Source of the DNA: an uncultured Ignavibacteriales bacterium
GTDB lineage: Bacteria > Zixibacteria > MSB-5A5 > GN15 > FEB-12
NCBI GenBank assembly: GCA_964627305.1
Contig: CAZVHP010000007.1
Coordinates: 36,939-100,938, forward strand
Direction of reading: 5' to 3'
Length of the DNA: 64,000 bases
The notes under the pieces were generated by a model. The model searched no databases. It was given only the letters and a program-made list of their open reading frames with translations, and was not told the DNA's origin. Of the stretch, positions 47,843-57,755 are shown piece by piece. The first letter of the stretch is position 1; each line of letters starts with the position of its first letter. Made by a program: the position numbers and the translations under genes.

Positions 47843-49399
47843 TTACCTCGGAGTCATGATGGCCAGGGGGACGATCATTTCCTCCAGAGAGATGCCACCG
47901 TGCTGGAAGGAGTTCTGGAACTGGCGGACCATTTCGTTATAGTTGTTAGGATAGACGAAGTAGAAGTCTTCCTTGGCAATGATGAAGGTGGTCGCCAGGG
48001 TGAGCATGGGCAATCGCCACTGGTCGGGCTTTTTTATGAGGATGGATTCTTTGGGGTCGGAATTGAGGTTGTCACCGTACTTGTAGCGCAGGTTTGTGGA
48101 GGTGCTGCGCTTACCGTGGGCCATGGTGCCTCGTTGGCAGAGGACGGAGCCATGATCGGAGGTGACGACGACAGTGAAGTCGCGTTCGGCGAAGGCCCTG
48201 AGGATGGTGAACAGGGGGCTGTGAGTGAACCAGCTTCTCATGAGGGAGTGGAAGGCGGCCTCGGTGCCGGCGATTTCGCGCAGGATAACGTTGTTGGAGC
48301 GTCCGTGGGCGAGGATATCGAGGAAGTTGAAGACGAAGGTAACAAGGTTGCTGTCGTAGAAATCGGCAATGCGCCTGGCGAGGGCCTCGCCGTCGCCGTT
48401 GGTGTTGATCTTCTGATAGCGGGGCTTGTTGGGCAGACGGACGCCGTTGCGGGCGAGGTTGTCCTCGAGGAACCTGCCTTCGTTGCGATTCAGGGAGCCC
48501 TCGTCGGCGTTGTAGGTATCCGGGTAGGTCTGGTGGATCTGGTCGGGGAACAGTCCTGAGAACAGGGCGTTGCGGGCAAACGGGGTGGCGCTGGGCAGCA
48601 GGGAGTAGTAGTAGGAGCGGTCGATGGTGTAGAAATCGGCCAGCATAGGCTCGACGAGTAGCCACTGGTCGAGCCGCATGCAGTCTACGACGATCAGCAG
48701 CACCTTGTCTTTCTGTTTCAGGCGGGGGAAGACGTGGGTGCGCAGTACATCGGGTGAGAGCATGGGGCGGCGGTCATCGAAGAGCCATCTCTGGTAACTG
48801 GATTCGATGTACTTGGTGAATTCGACATTCCACTCCCTGCGGGTGCCGTCGAGCATCTCCTGCAGGCCGACATCCTCGTTTTCGTCAAGCTCGAGTCCCC
48901 AGGTGGCCAGAATGCGGGCGGCCTCGTGCCAGTCTTCGGGCTCAAGGGGGCCATAGAGGCGCTGGTTGAAGCGGTTGGTTTCGGAGATGTAGCGCTGGAC
49001 GGAGCTGCCGCTGATGATCTTGCGTGATTCGAGCAGACGCTTGATAACGAGAAGGACCTGAGAGGGGTTGACGGGTTTGACGAGGTAGTCATCGATCTTC
49101 TGGCCGATGGCCTGATCCATGAGCGACTCCTCCTCGCTCTTGGTGACCATGACGACGGGGAGGTGGGGTCGTTTCTCCTTGATTTCCTCGAGGGTGGTCA
49201 GGCCGTCCTTGCCGGGCATCATTTCATCGAGAAGGACGAGGTCGTAGTTTTGCTGGTCGATGCGTTCCAGGGCGTCATCGCCGGACATGGCTCCCTGGAC
49301 GATGAAGCCTCGCTTTTCGAGGAAAATGAAGTGTGCTTTGAGGGAGTCGATTTCATCGTCGACCCAGAGTATTTTTCGTGCGTCCTGCTTTTGTGTCAT
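47843..49399 (-). CDS. porX: PorX-like response regulator (REC + PglZ/alkaline-phosphatase domain)
   Basis: ILWVDDEID.LK.H, VVMVTKSEEE, KPVNPSQ, DCMRLDQW, LPSATPFARNALFSG, TSDHG, FQHGGISLEEMIVP. Adjacent to tsaE. Confidence 0.88.
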   Translation of the reverse strand: MTQKQDARKILWVDDEIDSLKAHFIFLEKRGFIVQGAMSGDDALERIDQQNYDLVLLDEMMPGKDGLTTLEEIKEKRPHLPVVMVTKSEEESLMDQAIGQKIDDYLVKPVNPSQVLLVIKRLLESRKIISGSSVQRYISETNRFNQRLYGPLEPEDWHEAARILATWGLELDENEDVGLQEMLDGTRREWNVEFTKYIESSYQRWLFDDRRPMLSPDVLRTHVFPRLKQKDKVLLIVVDCMRLDQWLLVEPMLADFYTIDRSYYYSLLPSATPFARNALFSGLFPDQIHQTYPDTYNADEGSLNRNEGRFLEDNLARNGVRLPNKPRYQKINTNGDGEALARRIADFYDSNLVTFVFNFLDILAHGRSNNVILREIAGTEAAFHSLMRSWFTHSPLFTILRAFAERDFTVVVTSDHGSVLCQRGTMAHGKRSTSTNLRYKYGDNLNSDPKESILIKKPDQWRLPMLTLATTFIIAKEDFYFVYPNNYNEMVRQFQNSFQHGGISLEEMIVPLAIMTPR

Positions 49400-50664
49400 C
49401 GGGCGTTCCTGTTTTCGGGCGAGACGGGGAGAATGATCTCAAAGAGGGTTTCGCCGGGTTTTGATTTCACCAGATGGATCTGTCCGCGGTGGTACTCCGT
49501 GATGATCCTCTTGACGAGGGTCAGTCCGAGGCCCCATCCGCGTTTCTTGGTGGTGAAACCGGGGCGGAAGATTTTGCGGGCGGCGCCGGGAGGGATGCCC
49601 TTACCGTTGTCTTCTATATTGATTCTGACTAACCCGGTGCGGTTAAGTTCCTCCGTACTGATCTGCAGCCGTCCGGTTCGGGAATCAACTGCCTGTAGGG
49701 CGTTCTTGATAAGGTTCTCGAGTGCCCAGGTGAAAAGCTCGGCGTTGAGCGCCACCGGCGGGATTGATCCGGCGGTGAATTCGATGGTGATACCGTTGCC
49801 CTCGAAGGGGAGGCGGCGGCGGAAGTATTCGACAGTCTCGTGCATGAGGTCGTTGAGGTCGTGTGTGGTCAGTTCGGGCACGGAGCCGATCAGCCCGAAG
49901 CGGTTGGCGACGCGCTGGAGCCGGGCGACATCGACTTTCATATTGTCGACGGTATCGGGAATGCTGATGCGCTCGTCATCGGTCTTGTGATCGGTGGGGT
50001 AATCAGTTCCGAGGACTTCCAGCCATCCCATGAGCGAGGAGATGGGTGTGCCGAGTTGGTGGGCGGTTTCCTTGGCCATGCCTACCCATATGTGGCGCTC
50101 CTCGGAGCGTCGCAGGTTCTGAAAGCCGATGATGGCTACCATGAAGAAGGCGAGGACCAGGCCGAGTTCGACAAAGGGCATCATTTTGAGCTGGTTGATG
50201 GCCTCGGAGTCGCCGTAGCAGAAGTAGTTGACGATGCGATCGGAGTAGACCAGTGGGAACTGGCCGTTCTGGGCGATCATATCGGCGGCAATCTGACGTA
50301 GTTTCTGTCGGGATGATGCGGTGGTGTCCTCGGGGGGGATATTTTCGATATTGCGCCAGTGGAGCGGTTCACCGTCGGCATCGAGGACGATAATGGGGAA
50401 GTTGGCCTTGACGATGATTTCCTCGAAGATGAACTGGAGTTCGCTGCCGGAGGTGGGTGAGTTGGCGGCCATCTGCCACATTTTGACGTACTTGTCGACC
50501 TGGCTTCGGGTGTCCTGTTTGAGTTTTTCGATAACGGAGAAGGTGTACCAAATGAAGACGGCGGCAATGATGGCGACACCGCCGAGCAGGAAGAGCTTGA
50601 ACAGTGAGGAGAGGCCGAGGTGGAGGCCGGTGGTGTTCTCGGTTATGCGGGTGAGTCGTGACAT
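49396..50664 (-). CDS. Membrane sensor histidine kinase
   Basis: Two TM segments, WVGMAKETAHQLGTPISSL, ENLIKNA, DNGKGI, GFTTKKRGWGLGL. Stop overlaps the porX start. Confidence 0.92.
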   Translation of the reverse strand: MSRLTRITENTTGLHLGLSSLFKLFLLGGVAIIAAVFIWYTFSVIEKLKQDTRSQVDKYVKMWQMAANSPTSGSELQFIFEEIIVKANFPIIVLDADGEPLHWRNIENIPPEDTTASSRQKLRQIAADMIAQNGQFPLVYSDRIVNYFCYGDSEAINQLKMMPFVELGLVLAFFMVAIIGFQNLRRSEERHIWVGMAKETAHQLGTPISSLMGWLEVLGTDYPTDHKTDDERISIPDTVDNMKVDVARLQRVANRFGLIGSVPELTTHDLNDLMHETVEYFRRRLPFEGNGITIEFTAGSIPPVALNAELFTWALENLIKNALQAVDSRTGRLQISTEELNRTGLVRINIEDNGKGIPPGAARKIFRPGFTTKKRGWGLGLTLVKRIITEYHRGQIHLVKSKPGETLFEIILPVSPENRNAR

Positions 50665-51926
50665 CAGCCGATACGCTCGATTCCGTTCATGTAGGGTCTG
50701 AGTACCTCGGGGACGGTGATGGTACCGTCGGCGTTCTGATAGTTCTCAAGGATGGCCGGGATCAGGCGGGCGAGCGCCAGTCCGGAGCCGTTGAGGGTGT
50801 GCACGAACAGGTTTCTTTTGTCTTCATCGCGGAAGCGGCATTTCATGCGCCTTGCCTGGAAGTCCTCGAAGTTTGAGATGGACGATATTTCCAGCCAGTT
50901 TTTCACGCCGGCAGACCAGACCTCGAGGTCGTAGGTCTTGGCGGAGGCGAATGACAGGTCGCCGGTGGCGAGAGTCAGGACGCGATAGGGTAGTTTGAGC
51001 AGCTCGAGGATTTTCGCGGCCTGGCGCACAAGGGCCTCCAGTTCATTATACGACTGCTCGGGGCGAACGATCTTGACGAGTTCGACTTTGAGGAACTGGT
51101 GGACGCGCAGCATGCCGCGGGTATCCTTGCCGGCGGCTCCGGCCTCCCGGCGGAAGCACGGGGAGACAGCCACGAGGCTTACGGGGAGGTCCTGATAGCT
51201 GAGAATGGAATCGCGGCAGAGATTGGTCAGCGAGACCTCGGCGGTGGGGATGAGGTACATGTTGTCGGGGTCGGTGTGGTACATGTCCTCGTCCATCTTG
51301 GGTAGCTGGCCGGTGCCGAACATGGTGTCCCAGTTGACGAGGAACGGTATGCTTGTTTCCTGGAAGCCATCGGCGGTGTGAGTGTCGAGCATGAAGTTGA
51401 TCAGGGCGCGTTCCATGGCGGCCCCGAGGCCGCGCAGGACGTAGAAGCCGGAGCCGGAGAGTCGGGTGGCTGCCTCCTGATCGAAGATGGCGAGCTGCTG
51501 ACCGATTTCCCAGTGGGGTTTGACGGTGAAGTCGAAGGTGGGGATGCTCCCCCATTCGCGGACGAGTTGGTTGTTGGATTCGTCGCCGACGGGGACGGAG
51601 TCGTGGGGGATATTGGGAATCCAGATCATCAGGTCGTTGAGTTTCCGGTCGATTTCGCGCAGGTCGTTGTCGAGTTGGGCGATCCTCTCCCCTACTTCTT
51701 TCATGGCGGCGATAGCGTGCTCGGCCGGCTCTTTGGCCTTTTTCTTACGGGCGATTTCAGCGGAGACGGTGTTGCGTTCGGATTTGAGGGATTCGACCTG
51801 CCGGATGATTTCGCGCCGTTGTTCGTCGAGGGCGAGCAGGTGGTCTATGTCGGTGGTGTCTTTCTTTTTGGCAATACCGGTCTTGACGAGGTCCGGGTTC
51901 TCCCTGATGAGACGAATGTCGAGCAT
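50664..51926 (-). CDS. serS: Serine--tRNA ligase
   Basis: MLDIRLIRENP, YLIPTAEV, CFRREAGAAGKDTRGMLRVHQF, EISS.SN..DFQARR, HTLNGSGLA. Confidence 0.98.
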   Translation of the reverse strand: MLDIRLIRENPDLVKTGIAKKKDTTDIDHLLALDEQRREIIRQVESLKSERNTVSAEIARKKKAKEPAEHAIAAMKEVGERIAQLDNDLREIDRKLNDLMIWIPNIPHDSVPVGDESNNQLVREWGSIPTFDFTVKPHWEIGQQLAIFDQEAATRLSGSGFYVLRGLGAAMERALINFMLDTHTADGFQETSIPFLVNWDTMFGTGQLPKMDEDMYHTDPDNMYLIPTAEVSLTNLCRDSILSYQDLPVSLVAVSPCFRREAGAAGKDTRGMLRVHQFLKVELVKIVRPEQSYNELEALVRQAAKILELLKLPYRVLTLATGDLSFASAKTYDLEVWSAGVKNWLEISSISNFEDFQARRMKCRFRDEDKRNLFVHTLNGSGLALARLIPAILENYQNADGTITVPEVLRPYMNGIERIG

Positions 51927-51985
51927 GTTCTTTCTCGTATTGGCTGTTCTGGTGTATTCTGGCGTGAAGTTACAGCGCTGGAAGC

Positions 51986-52014
51986 AATATGGCAACCGTT
52001 AAGCAGGATGTCAA
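51986..52014 (-). promoter_or_regulatory. sigma70-type promoter of serS
   Basis: TTGACA-N17-CATATT. Confidence 0.55.
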
Positions 52015-52019
52015 AGCGA

Positions 52020-52050
52020 ACCCCTTCGGGGCGAAGGGTCCCGAAGGGGT
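52020..52050 (-). terminator. Hairpin downstream of rpsD
   Basis: 11-bp inverted repeat ACCCCTTCGGG / CCCGAAGGGGT. Confidence 0.5.
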
Positions 52051-52098
52051 CTTGTATTCGAGTTGGCTTCGGTCAGAGCAAGCCGAGGCGTCGTCGTA

Positions 52099-52737
52099 TC
52101 AGAGCGAAATACGTCCGAAGTGCTCGATGAAGTAGCGTTTTTCGAACGGGAACGGGATAGCCTCGGACCCTGGGATTTCGTTGACGATGCCGACGGGGTT
52201 GCCGGATTCGACGATTTTGCCGAGGTGGTTGGGCATCTCCATACGCGGGTTGGATCGCGCCTGCAGGAAGGGAGCGCTCTTGTATCCGGTGGGTGTCAGG
52301 GAGACACGGTCACCGACTCTGAGGACCATCGATGGGATTGTCCGTTTCTGGCCATTGACGAGCACATTGCGATGCACGACCAACTGGCGGGCGGCGGCCA
52401 TACTGGGGGCAAAGCCGAGGCGGAAGACAACGCTGTCGAGGCGCAGTTCGAGCATACCGGCCATAACCTCGATCCACTCTTTGGTGCGGTCACGTTTGGA
52501 GCGCTTGACGATTAGTCGAAGCTGCCGTTCGCGGAGGCCGTAGTTGTAGAGGATTTTCTGTTTTTCGCGCAGACGGATGGCGAAGTCGGAGAGCTTTCGG
52601 CGCATGCCCTGACCGTGCTGGCCGGGACCGTAATCGCGACGATCCAGCGCGCCGGGTTTTCCGAGTCCGGGTAGTTCCACACCGAGCCGGCGCTGGATTT
52701 TGAACCGTGACTTGTGGCCCATAGTCACTTTAGACAT
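52099..52737 (-). CDS. rpsD: 30S ribosomal protein S4 (stand-alone, no Zn-finger cysteines)
   Basis: YGPGQHG, LSDFAIRLREKQK, LELRLDSVVFRLGFA, ARQLVVH..VNG..PS. Confidence 0.95.
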   Translation of the reverse strand: MSKVTMGHKSRFKIQRRLGVELPGLGKPGALDRRDYGPGQHGQGMRRKLSDFAIRLREKQKILYNYGLRERQLRLIVKRSKRDRTKEWIEVMAGMLELRLDSVVFRLGFAPSMAAARQLVVHRNVLVNGQKRTIPSMVLRVGDRVSLTPTGYKSAPFLQARSNPRMEMPNHLGKIVESGNPVGIVNEIPGSEAIPFPFEKRYFIEHFGRISL

Positions 52738-52791
52738 CTACATATTCTCCATTCTTTGCTGCCGGCGTATGTCGGCAGATAGACACACAGC

Positions 52792-52819
52792 ATCATACTT
52801 TCAGTACATATATAGTCAA
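52792..52819 (-). promoter_or_regulatory. Proximal sigma70-type promoter of rpsD
   Basis: TTGACT-N16-TATGAT. Confidence 0.55.
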
Positions 52820-52980
52820 CAGACCCTCGGCCGTGTTGTCTGCTCGGTGCCCCTTCCCTTCCGTGCCAGCAGAATCGGGAGAAGCGAGGTCGGCAAAGAG
52901 GGCATGTGCGGCCGGCCCGGCTTTGGGGCGCCTTAAGCGAAATGTCGGTTACGGCAAGGCGTCTGTCATCGTAGCCGCCT

Positions 52981-53009
52981 ATTGTACAGCAATTTGGCGG
53001 ATTTGTCAA
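52981..53009 (-). promoter_or_regulatory. Distal sigma70-type promoter upstream of rpsD
   Basis: TTGACA-N17-TACAAT, near consensus. Confidence 0.65.
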
Positions 53010-53123
53010 GCGCGGTCTGGGATTGTTTCTGTTGCTTCGTTCACTGAAGGTATCGTCACGAAGGGTAGTAATGTTAGTGGTTGTCGGGGGCTGATGATTG
53101 TTGGTGTAGTCTGTGAATGGATA

Positions 53124-53159
53124 TAGAAAGGCCGCCGGGGGGAGCCGGACCCGGCGGCC
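53124..53159 (-). terminator. Rho-independent terminator of the flagellin gene
   Basis: 10-bp stem GGCCGCCGGG / CCCGGCGGCC followed by TTTCTAT on the minus strand. Confidence 0.6.
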
Positions 53160-53227
53160 GTCAGGCGGTGGCTATCCGATAGCCGAATTCATCCGATGTG
53201 CAGGGGGAGGGAGAGTAGTCTGGTCGT

Positions 53228-54010
53228 TTATCTGGATGGTCCCATAGCGTTGAGGAGACTGAGGACGGTGCCGGAATTGCTCGTAGAGTGAGCCATTATC
53301 GAGGAGGCGAAGCGAGCCTGAATCATGAACTGGATGGATTTGGACAGCTCGATGGCCATATCAGCATCGCGGAGCTGTGATTCGGCGGCAACGAGGTTCT
53401 CGCGGGTGACCTGAAGCGAGTTGTGGGTTGACTGGAGCTCATTTTTGACTTTGGCTCCGATTTCTGCCTGGACGGAGTCAAGCTCGGCGAGGCGCTCGTC
53501 GATGGTGGCAATTGTCTGCTGGGCGGCCTCGGCACTGGAGAGGTCGACACCTTCGAGGGCAGCGACCTCGGCGACGGAGCCTTCATGACCATCGAAGAGG
53601 TTGCGGTTGTTGAAGTCGGCGGTATCGATGGTGCGATTGTAGGATTCCTGGAGGTATTGGGCGCTGGAATCGAGCGCGGCGAGGGCGTCATCATCGTAGA
53701 AGCCCTCGTTGGAGGCGGCAACGGCGAGGGAGCGGATTTCGTTGAGCTGGCGCCGGGCTTCCTGCAGGGTTGAGTCGGCAGTTTCGTACTTGGTGATGAG
53801 ATTACGGGTGTTCTCGATTTCCTGCTCGAGCGAACCGATTTGCGAGCGCAGTTGTTCGGAAATGACAAGTGCAGCGGGGCCATCTTTGGCCCTGTTGATT
53901 TTGAGGCCGGAGGACAGTTTTTCGGCCTGTTTTTGCCAGAGCGACATGGCAGAGCCAAGGCTCAGGGCGAGAGCTGAGAGGCCGAGATTGCGGTTGATAC
54001 TCAGCGACAT
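53228..54010 (-). CDS. fliC: Minimal flagellin (N- and C-terminal helical domains only)
   Basis: EKLSSGLKINRAKDGPAALVISEQLRSQI, TADFN..LFDG, ENLVAAESQLRDADMA, VLSLL. Confidence 0.85.
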   Translation of the reverse strand: MSLSINRNLGLSALALSLGSAMSLWQKQAEKLSSGLKINRAKDGPAALVISEQLRSQIGSLEQEIENTRNLITKYETADSTLQEARRQLNEIRSLAVAASNEGFYDDDALAALDSSAQYLQESYNRTIDTADFNNRNLFDGHEGSVAEVAALEGVDLSSAEAAQQTIATIDERLAELDSVQAEIGAKVKNELQSTHNSLQVTRENLVAAESQLRDADMAIELSKSIQFMIQARFASSIMAHSTSNSGTVLSLLNAMGPSR

Positions 54011-54080
54011 GATTGCTAACCCTCCCTTCCTTCGGAATCAGGCCGACTGGATGCGATCCAGCCTGCCTGATCGCAGTGGT

Positions 54081-54097
54081 TGCAGACGGCGTGCCAA
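54081..54097 (-). promoter_or_regulatory. sigma54 promoter of the flagellin gene
   Basis: TTGGCACGCCGTCTGCA is close to TGGCAC-N5-TTGCA, 70 bp upstream of the ATG. Confidence 0.75.
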
Positions 54098-54338
54098 TCG
54101 GGTTGGTGTAAATAAGTGACTGAGGGGTGGGGGGTTATGCTGTCGTCCTGATTTGGGGGCGGCATTTGGGCGGGGAAACTGTTGGATGATGTCGACACTG
54201 TGGGGCGGATGTTCAGCTTTGAAACGGAAGATGACGATGCCGCCGGCAGGGTAGGACCGGCGGCATCCTGGAGGAACCGACAATGGAACGTCGATTGAAT
54301 CAGCTATATGTTTGTGTAAGAGTCAGTTAGTTCTTGTA

Positions 54339-55781
54339 TCAGTTATCGGTCAGTCTCCTTATGTAGGCAGGGATTTCCCGATCATCCTCGGAAAAGAGGG
54401 GGATGCGGAAGCCACCTCTTTTCTGTTCACCATTGCCGCTATCGGTGTGGTGATGGTGGGGTGGTTCAGGGGGCCGCTGGTGGACGGACGGCTCAGGCAC
54501 AAAATCTTCTTCGAGCGGCACCGGATCGGAGACACTGCCCATTCTCAGTTCAGAGGCGGTGAAATAGCGTCGCGATTCGCCGCTTTCGGATGGGCGCTGG
54601 ACCGGTTGCTCGGGCCGCGCGGTCCTCGGCGGGGGTACGTCGGCGGGCACCGGCCGTGGAGGTGGTGTCGTCGGGTGTGTGGGCGCGGACTGGTGCGGCT
54701 GATCGACTGGTGTCTGGCGGGGTGCCGGCTCCGGAAAGAGCGAAATGGGTGTCGCGGGGCGGGCGGCGGTCTGGTGTTTGTGGTCTCTGTCGGCTGGTCG
54801 GTCCTCAAGTTCGCCGATTCCGGTAGCGATGACGGTTACGCGCATCTGGTCTTCCATGGCGGGATCGATGACGGCGCCGAAGATGATATTGGCCTCAGAA
54901 CCGGCGGCTTCATAGATGAGCGAGGTGGCAGTGTTGACATCAAGGAGGCTCATATCCTCGCCGCCGGTGACGTTGATGAGGACGCCGCGGGCGCCGCTGA
55001 TGGAGATATCCTCCAGGAGAGGCGAGGAGATAGCCTGGCTGGCGGCGTCGACAGCTCGTTCCTCGCCGGTGCCATAGCCGGTGCCCATGAGGGCATCGCC
55101 CTTTTCGAGCATGACGGTGCGGACGTCGGCGAAGTCGCAGTTGATCAGGCCGGGGATGGTGATCAGTTCCGAGATGCCTTTGGTGGCCTGATGGAGGATT
55201 TCGTCGGCGACTTTGAAGGCATCTTTGAGCGAGGTGCGTTTGTCGACGAGTTGGAGGAGTCGCTCATTGGGGATGGTGATGAGGGTATCGACCTTGCTTT
55301 TGAGTTCGGCGAGTCCGGTTTCGGCGCGTTCGGTACGTTTGCCGCCTTCAAAGCGGAAGGGGCGGGTGACAATGGCGACGGTCAGGGCGCCGGCGGCCTT
55401 GGCGATGTCGGCTACAACAGGTGCGGCTCCGGTGCCGGTGCCGCCGCCCATGCCGGCGGTGATGAAGACCATATTGGGGTTGCCGAGGGCTTCAGCGACG
55501 TGTTTTCGGCTTTCCTCGACGGCACGTCGGCCGACCTCGGGATTGGCTCCGGCGCCGAGGCCGTTGGTGATTTCGCGGCCGATTTGTACTTTGGTTTCGG
55601 CCAGAGACTTGCGCAACACCTGGGCATCGGTGTTGATGGCCAGGAACTCGACGCCTTTGAGCCCGGCCTCGATCATGCGGTCGACGGCGTTACCCCCGCC
55701 GCCACCGACGCCGATGACCTTGATGTTGGCCGGGCCACTGAAGTCATCGGCGAACGTGAACTTGTGCTTGTCAGCTACCAT
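54339..55781 (-). CDS. ftsZ: Cell division protein FtsZ
   Basis: [31 protein letters not shown], long Pro-rich linker, C-terminal EIPAYIRR. Confidence 0.98.
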   Translation of the reverse strand: MVADKHKFTFADDFSGPANIKVIGVGGGGGNAVDRMIEAGLKGVEFLAINTDAQVLRKSLAETKVQIGREITNGLGAGANPEVGRRAVEESRKHVAEALGNPNMVFITAGMGGGTGTGAAPVVADIAKAAGALTVAIVTRPFRFEGGKRTERAETGLAELKSKVDTLITIPNERLLQLVDKRTSLKDAFKVADEILHQATKGISELITIPGLINCDFADVRTVMLEKGDALMGTGYGTGEERAVDAASQAISSPLLEDISISGARGVLINVTGGEDMSLLDVNTATSLIYEAAGSEANIIFGAVIDPAMEDQMRVTVIATGIGELEDRPADRDHKHQTAARPATPISLFPEPAPRQTPVDQPHQSAPTHPTTPPPRPVPADVPPPRTARPEQPVQRPSESGESRRYFTASELRMGSVSDPVPLEEDFVPEPSVHQRPPEPPHHHHTDSGNGEQKRGGFRIPLFSEDDREIPAYIRRLTDN

Positions 55782-55806
55782 TGGTTCCTCCTATATCCCA
55801 TTGTCC

Positions 55807-57030
55807 TCAGAATTGTCTCGATATCCAGTTTTCAAACCGCTTGAGCAGTCGGCCCATCCCTCCCTTGCGTCGTCGGGTGACCGGTTCGTTGGAGAAGGCG
55901 TAGACGAGCAGGCCGTGGGCGGTAGCGTAGCGGTTGTTGTTCAGTTCATCCGGTGTTGTTTCGATATTGGTGATGGTGCCCTCGCGGACGGGCAGATCGA
56001 AGATCTGCTCGGCGAGTTCGATGGTACCATCGAGCAGGGCGCCTCCGCCGGTAAGCACCATGCCGTTGGCGGGGGCCTCGGAAACGCCGGCGCGTTTGAT
56101 TTCGCGGGCGACCAGGGAGAAGATTTCCTCCATGCGTGGTTCGATGATGGAGGCCAGCACATGGCGCGAGACTTCTTTGGCGGGGCGTCCGGCGGCGCCG
56201 TGGACGGTCACCATGTCCTCGGGGTCGACCATCGAGGCGAGGGCAGCGCCCTGGTTGAGTTTGAGTGATTCGGCGCGGTCGACGGGAGTGCGCAGGCCGA
56301 TGGCGATATCGTTGGTGACGTTTTTGCCGCCGAGGGGGACGACGGCGGTATGGCGGATGGCGTTGTCGTAGTAGATGGCAACATTGGTGATATCGCCGCC
56401 GATGTCGGTGACGACGACGCCGGTTTCGATTTCCTCGTCACTGAGCAGTGAGCAGGATTGCGCGAGGGCTTCAAGGACGATGTGGTCGGCATCGAGGCGG
56501 CATCGTTCGAGGGCGCGAAAGATATTTTTGGCGGTGGTGACGGATGCGGTGACGATGTGCGCCTGGACCTCGAGGCGGACGCCGGTCATGCCGACGGGGT
56601 CTTTGATGCCGGCCTGATCATCGACGGAGTATGTCTGGGGGATGACGTGGATGATTTCGCGGTCAACGGGGATGGCGACGGCCTTGGCAGCATCGATGGC
56701 CTTATTGACATCGCTGACGGTGATTTCTTTGTCGGTGCCGCCGACGGCGATAACGCCATGGCTGTTGATGGAGCGGATGTGCTCTCCGGCAATGCCGATG
56801 GTGATGCGATCGATTTCTGTCCCGGAGACCAGTTGGGCGTCATCGACGGCCTTGCGGATGGAGCGGACGGTTTTTTCCATATCGACGACGACGCCGCGCC
56901 TGAGCCCCTCGGCGGGGGATTCACCGTGGCCGAGGACGTAGATGCGTCCCTGATCATCGACTTCACCGACGAGAACGGTAATCTTGGTGGTTCCGATATC
57001 GAGTGCTGCCTGTATGTTTTCGGTTGCCAT
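55807..57030 (-). CDS. ftsA: Cell division protein FtsA
   Basis: LDIGTTKI, PVGMTGVRLE, DIGG, VLTGGGALL, YATAHGL. Confidence 0.97.
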   Translation of the reverse strand: MATENIQAALDIGTTKITVLVGEVDDQGRIYVLGHGESPAEGLRRGVVVDMEKTVRSIRKAVDDAQLVSGTEIDRITIGIAGEHIRSINSHGVIAVGGTDKEITVSDVNKAIDAAKAVAIPVDREIIHVIPQTYSVDDQAGIKDPVGMTGVRLEVQAHIVTASVTTAKNIFRALERCRLDADHIVLEALAQSCSLLSDEEIETGVVVTDIGGDITNVAIYYDNAIRHTAVVPLGGKNVTNDIAIGLRTPVDRAESLKLNQGAALASMVDPEDMVTVHGAAGRPAKEVSRHVLASIIEPRMEEIFSLVAREIKRAGVSEAPANGMVLTGGGALLDGTIELAEQIFDLPVREGTITNIETTPDELNNNRYATAHGLLVYAFSNEPVTRRRKGGMGRLLKRFENWISRQF

Positions 57031-57032
57031 GA

Positions 57033-57755
57033 TCAGCCCTTTTGTGCCGTGATGATCAGGTTATCAAATCGCAGGTCAATGGTGCGGACACTGTCGAGGG
57101 GGGGCGCGTAGTGCGTGATAAACGCGACGAAGCGATCGAGGTCGCAGGCCAGCATTTCGGCGCGAAGGCGGACAGTGTATGGCAAGCCCGCAATGTTGAC
57201 ACGCACCTCCCGTTGTTGGGACAGGTCGATTTGCTCGATGAGGCGGTAGAGGGAGGGGTTGGTGTTGCGGAGTTGTTCGAGTTGTTCGACGACGACGATG
57301 GTACGGATGTCGTCCATGTATCGATACAGCCCGCGGGTTTTGGCGCCGGTGATGACGGGGCGTTCCCAGTCGGGGACGGGGCGTGACAGTTCAGTGACAC
57401 GGGCTTTGTGGTTGAGGCCGTACATTTTGCCGGAGGCGTCATCAAGGGCGAAGCATACCGGAGTGAAGGCGTTGGTGGTCAGCGCGATGCCGTGAGGGAT
57501 CTGGAAGCTGATGTCCACGCGGAAGACGCCCTTTTTGTCGAGCAGTTTTGCGGCGAGGCGCTCGACGGGCTGGCGCACCAGCGGCTTGTGGGGTTTGAGG
57601 CCGAGTTCGGCCTTGATGTCGGTGATAGGCCGGTCATCGAGGGTGACAGCCTGCAGGGTGCAGACGGAGGAGAACTCGATCAGGGCGATCACTGACAGCC
57701 CGGCGACGAGGCTGAGCGCCAGGAGAATGCGGGTTTTTCGGCTGAAAGCCTTCAC
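57033..57755 (-). CDS. ftsQ: FtsQ/DivIB-like cell division protein
   Basis: Single N-terminal TM, C-terminal IDLRFDN motif, position between murC and ftsA. Confidence 0.75.
   Translation of the reverse strand: MKAFSRKTRILLALSLVAGLSVIALIEFSSVCTLQAVTLDDRPITDIKAELGLKPHKPLVRQPVERLAAKLLDKKGVFRVDISFQIPHGIALTTNAFTPVCFALDDASGKMYGLNHKARVTELSRPVPDWERPVITGAKTRGLYRYMDDIRTIVVVEQLEQLRNTNPSLYRLIEQIDLSQQREVRVNIAGLPYTVRLRAEMLACDLDRFVAFITHYAPPLDSVRTIDLRFDNLIITAQKG

Noticed and set aside
51927-52098. T-box riboswitch upstream of serS
   Set aside because: Leader after the promoter is only ~55 nt and no T-box consensus is visible.
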